58,985 bases of DNA from Chromera velia (taxonomy: Eukaryota): contig JAHBMJ010000050.1 of NCBI GenBank assembly GCA_018398765.1, forward strand, positions 1-58,985, in the 5' to 3' direction. A program made the position numbers and the translations under genes. How positions within the stretch are numbered: the stretch's first letter is position 1; the number at the start of each line of letters is the position of its first letter. A model generated the notes under the pieces. The model was given only the letters and a program-made list of their open reading frames with translations, was not told where the DNA came from and ran no database searches. This document shows, in pieces, positions 48,773 to 58,985 of this stretch.

Positions 48773-49931
48773 AAGAGAAGAAAGAGAAAAAGAAGGAAAG
48801 GCGACTGACTGACTGACAGACAGACAGGCAATCAGTCAGACAGACAGACAGACAGGCAGAGACAAACCTTTGGAGGAAAGGGTCTGCTGTCCATCTCCCT
48901 GTCCTTCTCCATCTCCTTCTCCAAAAGGGCCGCGAGCTTTCCCTTTTTCCTTTTCTCCTTCTCCTTCTCTCCTCCTGTATCTCCCTCGGACTCGCTCCCC
49001 CTCAGCCGTTTTTTCTTCTCTTTCTTTTTCTCTTTTTTCTTCTTCTTCTTTTTCTTCTTCTTGTCGGTGCCGCTGCTTGCACTGTCGTCGTCCACATCTG
49101 CGATACACGGGGAGACAGACAGGCAGGCAGGCAGGCAGAGATGTAGAGACAGCGACGGAGAGACGGTGTGATAAAAGGATCACTGCATGGAAATGTATGT
49201 CCGAAATTATGCGCTTGCAGAGAAGGGGGTTCGCGGTGAGAGCGAAAAGCAAACAGACAAGCCTGCAAGAAGATGGAGAGACGGAAGCAAGGGCAACGGA
49301 TGGACGGGGAGTTGAGCACAAAGGGCCTACGAACGGCCAAAGCAAAGCTGAAATGCTCGCTTTACTTTCCAAAAATAATGGAAATGAAATAGCAGTGGGG
49401 CCTCTATTCCGTCCGTCTCGCCTCGTTCTTCTTTTCAAACACGGTCAAAAGAAAGGAAAAAACCACCCTGGACCAACCGGAGCTCGCCCCATCAGAGCCC
49501 CTTTTTCTCTTCAGTCTTCCACCCCCTCTCTCCCCCTCGTCATCATCGCCCCCCTGGCTCGACCCTCCGTCCGCGTCTTCGCCCTCTCGATCGTCCTTTC
49601 CCTCTCCGTCTCCTTCACCTGCTTTCTCTCCGTCTCCCTCATTATCAAACTCCTGTCTTTTCTCCCTTGCGTCTCCTCCTTCCTCACTCTCGCTCTCACT
49701 CTCGCTCTCTTTCCCCCCCTCGTCTTCTTCCTCTTCCCCAAAGAGATCAGGGTCCTCGTCTCTCATCGGTTCATCCTCTTGTCGCTCTGCGTCTCCACCT
49801 CCACCCATCGGTACATCTGCTTGTTCGTCCTCCGCAGGAGCGTCATTGTCTCCAAACAAATCCTCTTCCTCGTCTTCTTCTTCCCCACCACCCCCTGAAC
49901 GCATAGGCTCGTCCTCGTCTCTGTCCGACAT
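43472..49931 (-). CDS. LEO1: LEO1, PAF1 complex subunit (multi-exon)
   Basis: Acidic N-terminus with DLFG repeats (MSDRDEDE...EDLFGD...DLFGE). Leo1 core AESNSYLLRWSDGSVSCYIGGVEFDV (about 45810-45965), then LQGVVTSKL. Terminal exons EDRKVKLTTGEE, LSAEMLEG and EEGDLFKKK*. Not all internal junctions were resolved. Confidence 0.8.
48241..48780. repeat. Duplicated compound microsatellite block in a LEO1 intron
   Basis: TCTG/TC/AC/ACTC arrays with the unique core GCATGTGTGTGTTTGCTTGTGTGCGTGCGTGTTTGTGCGT at both about 48392 and 48641. Confidence 0.9.
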
Positions 49932-50672
49932 ACTGCCGAGGATTCAGGTCAAATTATTTCCTCCACTCAACTGAATTGCTTCTCAGCCGTCTCCTTCTCG
50001 GATCCAGACTGTTCTTCCAAAAGAAGCCTGCCAACCTCTTTTATTCCCTTCCCCGCAAAATGCTCGACCTGGATAGACAGCAGGACAGTTGAAGGTCCCG
50101 CCAAGTGCACGTATGTGTACACAGAATACAAAACAGGGAAAGCCCGGGTGCCTCTTTTTTATCGCACTTGGGAGTTTGGAATTTGTATGGAATTTGTGAT
50201 GAGTGTCCATAGACACGGCCTGACACAAAAATGTCGAAATTGCGCCATGTATTGATTGCCGGCTCAGTCATGGCTCAGTCTGCCATCAGTCTGCCACCAA
50301 AATCGCTCACTCAAAGAATCTTGGTGATCCTGTAGCGCAGCAAATTAAAAACGCCTTAGTAGCTGCTCTCTGCGAGTCTCTGCGCAAGTGTGACATAGCG
50401 TGACAGTATATATATGAGCAGGCTTTGGCAGCAGACAGCATGCCTCAGTCACTGTGAACTGAAGACGGGAAAAGCATACCGCTGGCTGCTTGTTTTTCAT
50501 TTCTATTTCGACATTTTCCTGATCTGCCAGGTTGAAAAACAGCTGTACCGAGCCTCTTCGGCCAGGAAGCAAGAGAGAGCGCTTTGGTTCTGTCCGTTCT
50601 CTGTACATACCTCTAGTGCCTGATCAGTTGTACGTGTGATTCTCGATTCTCACGCCGCAGCTGTTTTGCGTG

Positions 50673-52049
50673 ATGGCGAGGATCGAAACGCCCACAGCTA
50701 ACGCTTATCTTGAACGACTGGACTCGCTGGAAGTCTCTCTTTTTGCTTCTCTGCGCCAGCAGTTTGAAATCGTGCGAAAGACTGTGAAGGCCAAAAGCGC
50801 AGGCAGCAGTCATGCTGCAGACGCAGCAGCTACTGCTGCCTCTGCCCCGGCATCCTTGTTTATGCATTCTGAGGATGTCGTTGTGATTGATGAACTTGAA
50901 GAGATGGGGAAAGAGTTTTCGAAAAAGGTCAAGGAGGGGTGTGAAAAGGTGGTGAGGAGGCACATACAGATCGATGTCGGGTACCTGATTGAAGTGCATC
51001 TGGGACATTTGATCCATGACTTCCGGGCGGTTTCGGCAGAGCCTTTTCAGGAGGCGCTGTCTGACTACCTGAATGGAGGGGACGGATCAGACTTCCGTTT
51101 GTGCCTGCAGGTTGGTGCAGACGTAGACGGGCTGGAGGATGGGCAGGCTGCACTCATGAAGGCAGTCCTGGCCGACCATGAGGAGGCCTGTCGTATGTTG
51201 TTGGACGATGGGGCCGATCTGGAGGTAAGGGCAGGGGAGCTCCCACCCATGAACGAAAGTGAGGAGGAAGAAGATCTGATCCTCTCAGTTGCTGCAGGGG
51301 ATACCGTGTTGATCGCTGCCTGTCGTCGGCGGTTGTGGGGAAAGGTTCGGTTCCTGATTGCAGAGGGGGCGGACGTGAATGCGCAAGACGCGAATGGTCG
51401 GAAGGCCTTGCAGATTGCGTGTGAGGCTGCAGAGCGCCAATTTGACCCACACGTGGCTGATCGGCCGGAGTGGCTTCATGATCAAGAATACGATCCGGAG
51501 GGTGTTGACCCTTCCCTCCGTTTGGCCGTGCGTGCCGCCCTGAAAGATCTTCTTCTGAAGACTTCCGAAATTGATCAGATCACATTTATGTGGCCTGCCG
51601 AAAATGACTTGAGGAACGGCGAGACCCTCGTTCATTTTTTCATGTGGCATGGCTTTCATGATTTGTTTGAGCTCGCTGTCTCACAGGGTCTCTCGGTAGA
51701 CGCACAGAGTCATGAAAGGGATGAGTTGGCCGACCTTGCTTTCACGCCTCTGCACCTCATGGCAATGGCAAGGAGGCCCGACGCTGTCGAGTTTCTTCTT
51801 TCCAAGGGAGCGAACGTTGACATTCGGAGAGGAGGTGGCGACTTTGAGTCAGACACCCCTCTGCATGACGCGGTCTCGGGGAGCGCTGATGGGGGAGACT
51901 CGCAGGGGAGGGTAGTGGAGATTCTGCTTGAACACGGAGCAGATCTAAATGCGGCAGGGTTCGAAGGATACACTGCCATTCATTATGCTGCCCTTTTCAA
52001 AAACCCAAATATTGTCAAGCTCCTTCTCGACCGTGGGGCAGAGCTCTAG
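50673..52049 (+). CDS. Ankyrin-repeat protein, intronless, 3' end disrupted
   Basis: Ankyrin consensus segments: GQAALMKA...LLDDGADLE, GDTVLIAA...EGADVNAQD, FTPLHLMA...LLSKGANVD, DTPLHDA...LLEHGADLN, GYTAIHYA...LLDRGA. Confidence 0.9.
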   Translation: MARIETPTANAYLERLDSLEVSLFASLRQQFEIVRKTVKAKSAGSSHAADAAATAASAPASLFMHSEDVVVIDELEEMGKEFSKKVKEGCEKVVRRHIQIDVGYLIEVHLGHLIHDFRAVSAEPFQEALSDYLNGGDGSDFRLCLQVGADVDGLEDGQAALMKAVLADHEEACRMLLDDGADLEVRAGELPPMNESEEEEDLILSVAAGDTVLIAACRRRLWGKVRFLIAEGADVNAQDANGRKALQIACEAAERQFDPHVADRPEWLHDQEYDPEGVDPSLRLAVRAALKDLLLKTSEIDQITFMWPAENDLRNGETLVHFFMWHGFHDLFELAVSQGLSVDAQSHERDELADLAFTPLHLMAMARRPDAVEFLLSKGANVDIRRGGGDFESDTPLHDAVSGSADGGDSQGRVVEILLEHGADLNAAGFEGYTAIHYAALFKNPNIVKLLLDRGAEL

Positions 52050-52298
52050 GGCAGAGCTACACCGGTTGAATGTTGTGAATGAGACACCGCACGATACGGC
52101 ATTCTTATAAAGCTGACGGATGCAAATGAAAGTGAAGCTGGAAGGGAAGTGAAGGAATGCTGTCAGAAGGTCGTAGACCTGTTCGCGTCAGTGCAGGCGC
52201 CTTTGCACAGGTAAGCCAACGGAGAAATCCAAGGCTAATTCCGAGTCAGAAATCTAGTTGAATTCTAGGTTGAATTGAGACTTAGCTAGTGATTTTCA

Positions 52299-52532
52299 AA
52301 CCTCCCTGAACTTAAGTGCCACTTGAAAAAATATAATCAAGATGATCTCTATCTGCGGCATCGTTTTTTAAGAGACCGTCCATGCTTGCGGCGTACACGG
52401 TCAAGACACCGTCCAGATATGCGGCCTTGGCTTTCAAGACATCATAAATGATCCGTGCCTGCGGCGCAGACTTTCAAACTTATCTAAAAATGCGGCTTCA
52501 ACTTTCAAGTGGTAGTTAGGTTTAGGGAGGTC
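52299..52532. mobile_element. MITE, about 234 bp, with 8-bp target duplication
   Basis: About 30-bp imperfect TIR (AACCTCCCTGAACTTAAGTGCCACTTGAAA versus reverse complement GACCTCCCTAAACCTAACTACCACTTGAAA). GATTTTCA flanks both sides. Internal TGCGGC...TCAA subrepeats. Confidence 0.8.
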
Positions 52533-52679
52533 GATTTTCAAAGGAGTTTTGAAAAGAAATTAAAAAAATTAAATCATCTGACTATAGAATTGATTAAATT
52601 AATTTGATTGCTTGTTTGCTTGCTTGATTGATAATGATTGATTGATTGATTGTAATTGATTGGTTGAAAGCAACTAAAA

Positions 52680-53208
52680 AAACAATTGGTTGGTAATATT
52701 TGGTTCTGCGCTATAGGCCTTCCCGCTATATGCGGATCTGTTCTCCAGGCGACTCCAGGCGAAGCCGCTAAGACTAGCTATATCAAAGATGAGGTTCATG
52801 TTCTGACGGAATGTAAGGACACACAAAGGGAACGGAACAGACTGAAAGAACTGTACGAAATTGCAAAGCAGAAAGCGCCCATTGACATAAGAATACAGAT
52901 CGCACAACGCGTTGCAGGTGCAACCGAGAGGGGCACTTCTGATAATAAGAAAAAAATGAAGGATATGGTGTTGCTGTTGTGCACAATCCTGCTTAAAAGC
53001 GGTTCCAAAGCTATAGCCGACTGTCTCAAGAAGGTTCATTCTGTCGATAAGGCAAGTTGAGGCGAATCGATCCGATTGGCATGCAGGCTTCCTCATCCCG
53101 CCCCCCCATGAATGTGTGCTCTGGGTTGTCCTCAAAGCCTTGCTAGTGGCTTGGGATTTAGCGTCACTAAATCTAGGATTTAACCCTCAATCATCATCAT
53201 CATCATCA
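52680..53208 (+). mobile_element. 5'-truncated LINE (non-LTR retrotransposon) 3' end
   Basis: Reading frame with IKDEVHVLTECKDTQRER, resembling the E-D-x-x-H-x(4)-C knuckle at the end of LINE ORF2. Stop at 53060, short UTR, then an (ATC)n tail at about 53190-53208. Confidence 0.65.
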
Positions 53209-53670
53209 TATAAACAAAATTAATTAAGAAAATTGTGGGAATCTAAGACTCTAAGTTTTTAACTGCATGAGTTTTTAAAAAAGTTCTTCCATCAAAAAAT
53301 GACTCAAAATTTAAATTAATTTAAAATATATTAAAATGCTAGTTAAAATAGATAGTCGTTCTGGGAATCGTTATTTATACTTAAAAGCTCTTTGTCTAAT
53401 TCTTTTTGTTACAGCTGGTTACACAGTATTAGAGCTAAACAATAACTATTAATAAATCTAGTAATAAATGCAGTTAAATGCCTATTTGAATGAAATATTC
53501 TCATAGTTCTATCATCGTTCTTTATCACTATTTATCACTCAAGTGTCATAAAATCAAATTTAACTAAACTTGAACATGAACTAATGAATAAACGAATGCA
53601 TGAATGACATACCAGAACATTGTGACATACATGCTCATACATGCGATACGATTGATTACACATTTCCTAG

Positions 53671-54402
53671 TCATTCACCGTACTGAGCTTGCTGTTCGAA
53701 GAGCGCTGCTGCGGATGCCGCGACTTCGTGTTTCATCTTTCCGATTTCATCTGCCACCAAATGGACGAGCCTGAGGGGATTTGGAAGCACATCCCAGTCC
53801 GCCACCGACATGAGTCTCAAATAGTCGCCGTAGGAGAACATGCTGACGGCAACCCCCACCCTGCCACGCGTGGGAGGCCAATACGAGACGTCCTCGATTT
53901 GAGATCCGCCGAGACGGCCCAGGCGGCGCGGCCCGGCCATGTTCGAGAGGAGCAGCGCTGCCTTATCGGCGTAGAGGTCGATGAGGCTCTGACAAAATTT
54001 GGCGGGGAGAAGGGAAGTGGCTGTCTGGAGAACGGAGGCAGAGATGAAAACCGAGAAGCCCTTCTTGGCCTTGTCCATCTCTTCCTTCACACGCTGCAAG
54101 CAAAGAGGCAATTAAGGAGAATCCGTGGGAGCAGAATTAAAGTAACTTGCAGAGAGAAGAGAACAACAGACTCCATTCATCTGTTTCATGCATGGCATTC
54201 TGCAGGCAGACGAATAAAGGGCAACAAACGCACGGAAGGACAGGGAGACAAGCAGGCAGGCACAGTTGTACATTCACACGATCGGTGGACTTGCACTGGG
54301 CTTCCTTGAGTGCGACTTCTTCTCTCGGGGCGTGTGGCGCCGTCCCGCAATCCTCCTCTTCCAGCGGCTGTTAACTGACTCACTCACACGCACACACACA
54401 CG

Positions 54403-54443
<41 letters not shown>

Positions 54444-57400
54444 CCACGCACACGACAAATTGAATCCGAAAACGACAAACTGAATCTGAAAAAAAACACA
54501 GCCCTCTCTGAGCTTCCACCTCCCTCCCTGTTGGTGCGGCTGCGTGCTTGTGTCTGAGGCTTTGTGACCTTTCACTCTGTCGCTCTTCCTGTTTGCCTCT
54601 CTGGTCTGAATGTCTCTCTCTCTCTCTCTCTATCTGCGAATAAAGTCCGGCAATCCTTCACTATCCCACTTTCTCTTTGTCCATCGACTATACCTACCTT
54701 CAGTCTCTGCAGTCTGGACAGCTGCAGGCCGAGGGGGAGACGGACGATGACCGGTACCTGGCAGTTGTCCAATTCTTGGGGGGGTTGGGTACGCAGGGAG
54801 ATGGGGACAGCAATCGTCAGGTAACGGGGGAAGCGGGCAGCGCACATCCTCAAAATGCGGCACCTCATTTGTTCCCCCTCGTCTTCTGTCTCGTCCTCTT
54901 CGTCCTCCGACCCCCTCACAAAACGGGAAGCACCGGGAAGATGCCAGGAACGCAAAGCAGCTGCAGCAGCTGATGCGGCGGTAGAGGGGGGTCGCTCAGG
55001 CTGCGTGCGTCGACGGAGCATTTCTCCTTCTGTCCCGTTGTCTCTGTATCCGTACCCGTTGCCGTTCGATGACGATGCGTGAGCTGCTGTGGCGTTGCTG
55101 TCTTCTGTGAGGAACAGGCCTTCCTCCTCCTCCCTCTTTTGCTTCTGTTGTAATTGGACTTCCTCTGTAGGCGCCAGGGAGGCGAGGCGACTGCCTCCAC
55201 AACCAGAAAGCCTTGAAGCCGCCCCACAGCCCTCAGTCGTTGCAACGGGCTGCTCCAAACAACGGCGGTAGGCAGAAACGAGGGCAGTACAGACTACATC
55301 GTTGATTGTGACACGAATTTCAGAGGAGGAAGACGAGGAGGGGCGACTGCCACGACGGCGCGCCTCCGTCGCGTATGTGGGTGGGGGGGGAGGATATCTG
55401 TGGGGATATGCAGGGGCGGTGTGCGTCTTTTTTGCCATGGGGGTGTCCTTCTCTTTCACGGGCGAGCTGAAAGTTTCACTCAAACCCAATAGAGGAGAGG
55501 GGGGGGGAGACACGGAAGAGGGACGGGAGTGGTTTGCAGGTGGGGGGGCGAGGAAAGTAGGGGAGGGGGCTGGAGATGGATCGCGAGGAAAAGTCATACC
55601 ATGTGTGTTGTTAGAGTTGCGGTGTTTGCCGCTGAAGGGACTGAGGGCAGCAGGCTGGGATTTTCTAGTTGACGGTGAGAGGAATTCAGCTGGAGATGCA
55701 AAGAAAGAGCCAAGCCCTCTCCTTCCAGCTGCTGCAGCTCTGCTCTTCTGCTGAGACTCTTTCTGACACTGGAGACAGAAGGAGGCGTCTGCTGCGATCT
55801 GTTTGAGATCGGAGAGCTTCACCTTCACAGGGAGGGTCACGCGCTTTCGGCCCATGGGAGGCCGAGCAGGCACAGCGGGGTCCTGCAGGCAGGCAGGCGA
55901 GGGGGGNNNNNNNNNNNNNNNNNNNNNNNNNNNNNNNNNNNNNNNNNGGGGGGGGGGGGGGAAGTGAGAAACAGCAGTGAGTGCATCTCATAGAGTGGCA
56001 GGCACCTTTCTTTCTTTTTCTTTCACGCGCCTTCTTTGGACTTCCCGTCTCCACCTGTTTTTTTTCTTCTTCTCTTCATTTCCCACCGTGGTTTCCTTCT
56101 CTCTGCGTGCAGCCCGTGCACTCAGTTGGAGGGAGGAGAAATACGGCTTCTTCGTGAGATAGTGAGAATGGCAGAGATAAGACAAACAGACACGGGCAAC
56201 GGCCTCTTGGGGCAAGGCAGACAAGGCAGAGGACGACAAGAAAACAAAGCGGCAAGGCAGATCTCGCATGCATACAGACATGCAAGCAGTGAGACAGACC
56301 CATGAACCTGATAAGAGAAAAAACAAGTCTGGACGGACGCATGCTGAGGGGCCGAAGCATGCACAGGAAACGAAAGAGTGAGTGGAGTGGCTGGCAGGGT
56401 GACCTGGGTCGTCCGGCTGCACTTCACGTGAAGAGCTTGTGGCTGCACAGAGTTTTCATCCTGTGTGGAGGGAGTCTAAGTGATCTGTTTGTTCTCTCTC
56501 CGCTCATTTTGAGAAGTGCAAACCTTCTCTTTCTCCGCTGCACCCAGCCGACAAGCAGCACCGACCGACCGACTAACCAGCCAATCCGGAGGAGGCGTCC
56601 ATAGAAGGCGGGGAAGGAGGTAGAAGGGCGCAGTGAAGAACGAGGCCACGTTCATCAAAAAGAGTTTGGCTTCAGAGACTGCAGGCTTGAAAGCCCTGGC
56701 CGCCCACTCCTGTCTGGCTTGGAAGGAGGACCTGCGGGGGCGCGTTCTCCTCTCTCCTCTCTGCCCTGCTGCTGTTGCAGGCTGCTCTGGTGTGGGTGCC
56801 TGCTGTCTCGTCGTTTCCTCGCCGTCTCCATCTTCCCCCTCGTGCCCCGCCCCCCCAGTGTCTGCGTTGACGTCATCGTGCTCGTCTGGTTTGTCAAGCA
56901 GATGGAGAAAAATTCGGGACGCAAGGGAAATCCCATCAGACACCGCGTGGTGCGTACGGAGCACTAGGTGTGTTTTTTGGTTCTTCTCATCTTGCAACAC
57001 GAGAAGACGCCACAAGGGGGGGTTCCCGGCCAGTCGGTTGGTGGGAATTGGGTCAGAGCAGATTTCTGATATGTAGTTGGCCCGTCTTTCTGCATCCTCC
57101 CAGGGAAAAGGGAGTGTGCACGACGCCACACAGAGCTTGAAGGTGTCTTGAACAGAAATGGGAGACCAATGGAGAGTACCCCATAACGTTGAGACAAGAC
57201 GACTGGAAAGTTTGGGTTCTCTGGCGAGCCACCTTTCTTGGAGAAGCTCACACACCCTCTCCTTGGATAGAACAGGACTGCAGGTGATCACGGTGGTTAC
57301 TGTACAGTGGTTCTCGTTGGTCTCCTGAAGCCACACTGCATCCTCAGGCTTCACAGTGTGGAGCTCGAACACCTGCACGGTACATAACAATTTTACATCA

Positions 57401-57669
57401 TAATTTTCACTCAAACAGACCCAAGAGGCAAGATGTTACACGAAGGGACAGGCCAGGTAGGCTGCGGCACTCACCTTCTTCTCAACGAAGTGCAAAATCG
57501 CCCGAAGGGCAAAGGAGAGCACCACCAGCCCCCCCGAGATAAAGTAGAAGGGAAACGCGATGACCGCAGCCACGCCCCCCCCGATGACAGTCGTCAGTCC
57601 CGACACGTAGAGCAGGTCGCATATTCTGAACATGAAAAGCGTCGCTAAATTTATCCAGAAGCCCTCCAT
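53671..57669 (-). CDS. Wax ester synthase/diacylglycerol acyltransferase (WS/DGAT family)
   Basis: Catalytic motif RTHHAVSDGISL, PPLWRL, TINDVV, and C-terminal domain SNMAGP...SMFSYGD. Exons about 57669-57475, 57372-56578, a probable small exon 56443-56404, 55883-54697 and 54095-53671. The N-terminal exon is hydrophobic. Confidence 0.88.
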
Positions 57670-58535
57670 GGTGAAATCGATCCAAAGAACAAAAACGAGA
57701 CAGAGCGGAAACGGGTGACGCCTCGCTTCCAAATCTCCCCTATGAAAAATCAGTCGAGCTCTTCGTTCCCGCTAAGGACCCTCCCTTTACACTTCGTTGA
57801 ACAAACTACTCAAAAAACAGAACCGCGAAAGGAAACCGGTGTCAGAGAAACGCACGCTGATTCTAATGGGAAAACCGCAGCTAGAGGGGTCTTTCTACGT
57901 ACAAGTCAGATGAATAGGCGGTGGCCTCGTTGAGAAAGGAGTCGTGTGGCACAGGTCTGCATATTAATATCAGTGTGCGTGCACATTTGAAATTAGCAAG
58001 GCAGCCAAGCGGTGGGAAGACTTCTTGTGACTTTCAGACTGTCTGAGAGAATCCTGGAAACTGTATGCAGTCTCCAAACGGCACCCCTGAAGTCTTCTTG
58101 AGGAAAGATGTCATGCATCGTTTCAGCAACGGGTGGATCGATCTGCAAAACAATCACTGTCGTACTCGCGACAGGGGTGTTCTTTCAGAGACAGGCCGAG
58201 TCCGGAGGGGCCCCGGCATGCAGTGGCCCCCCGGAGCATGCCGGGGCTTCTCACTTTCTAAACCGAATACTGAATTGTTAACCGAATTTTTGAGACGGGA
58301 GCAGTTTGAGTTTTGGTTTCCTTCAGCACCCACAGATGAAACCGCCCCATTGCCACACCGTCCAGCAGTTGCATATATATATAGAAGAATAATGCTAGGT
58401 GACTTTGCAAGCTTCTGATTGTCATGAAGGCTGTATGTCGGAGTTTCGGTCGATCAAAATTCATGCTTAGGGGTTGATCTTGGTTTAGAGGATATCCTGA
58501 AGGACGGATCTTCAAACCCTGCCCTGTATTCCGCC

Positions 58536-58778
58536 ATGGTTGATCAGGATCCCTACGCCGTCCTCGGTATTCCCGCAGGGGCGCCCATGAGCCAGGTCAA
58601 GGCAGCGTTCAGGTCCCTGGCTCTTGTGTTGCACCCAGATAAGAAACAAGGCGGGGAGACGGCAACTGGTCGGCCTGCTTCAGAGCAAGCAAACTCAACT
58701 GACTTTGCACGAGTTAAAGTGGCCTACGACATCCTCTGTGACGAGGTGAAACGGGCACACCTTGACAGACAGCTGGCA
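58536..58778 (+). CDS. J-domain (DnaJ) protein, first exon only
   Basis: DPYAVLGI...AFRSLALVLHPDK...FARVKVAYDIL...RAHLD. Donor GTGAGC at 58779; the gene continues beyond the window. Confidence 0.9.
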
Positions 58779-58856
58779 GGTGAGCGGACACGGTCGGCGT
58801 GTGCCCGCCCCTGTGTGTCGTGTGCGACTGTAGGGGCTTTATAGCCAGCGTGTGCG

Positions 58857-58984
<128 letters not shown>

Positions 58985-58985
58985 T

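Noticed and set aside
58536..58844. Calling the J protein DPH4
   Set aside because: The diagnostic CSL zinc finger would lie beyond the window.

Overview
Eukaryotic nuclear DNA from a photosynthetic organism with a complex plastid: GT-AG introns full of microsatellites, and bipartite plastid leaders. The style and gene content suggest a chromerid alveolate such as Chromera velia (inference, not a database match). I reconstructed 13 protein-coding loci by hand: an NIF/FCP1-type phosphatase, plastid phosphoribulokinase, a DHHC palmitoyltransferase, a hybrid histidine kinase with two receivers, an unknown secreted Cys-rich two-domain protein, an unknown disordered protein, an N-acylated F-box protein, aspartate aminotransferase, an RtcB2-type RNA ligase, LEO1, an ankyrin protein, a WS/DGAT acyltransferase and a J-domain protein cut off by the window end. 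Twelve of the 13 form six head-to-head pairs. The pairs are separated by AT-rich islands of non-autonomous DNA transposons and LINE 3' ends. The best leads are: (1) an intron-containing, bacterial-type RtcB2 ligase fused to an extra N-terminal domain; (2) transition-only decay, mostly outside CpG, in a transposon palindrome (RIP-like); (3) an aspartate aminotransferase with both a plastid leader and a PTS1; (4) a histidine kinase with a pseudo-receiver plus a true receiver; (5) a probable hAT excision footprint truncating the ankyrin gene. No rRNA, tRNA or CRISPR array is supported. Exon boundaries were read by eye.
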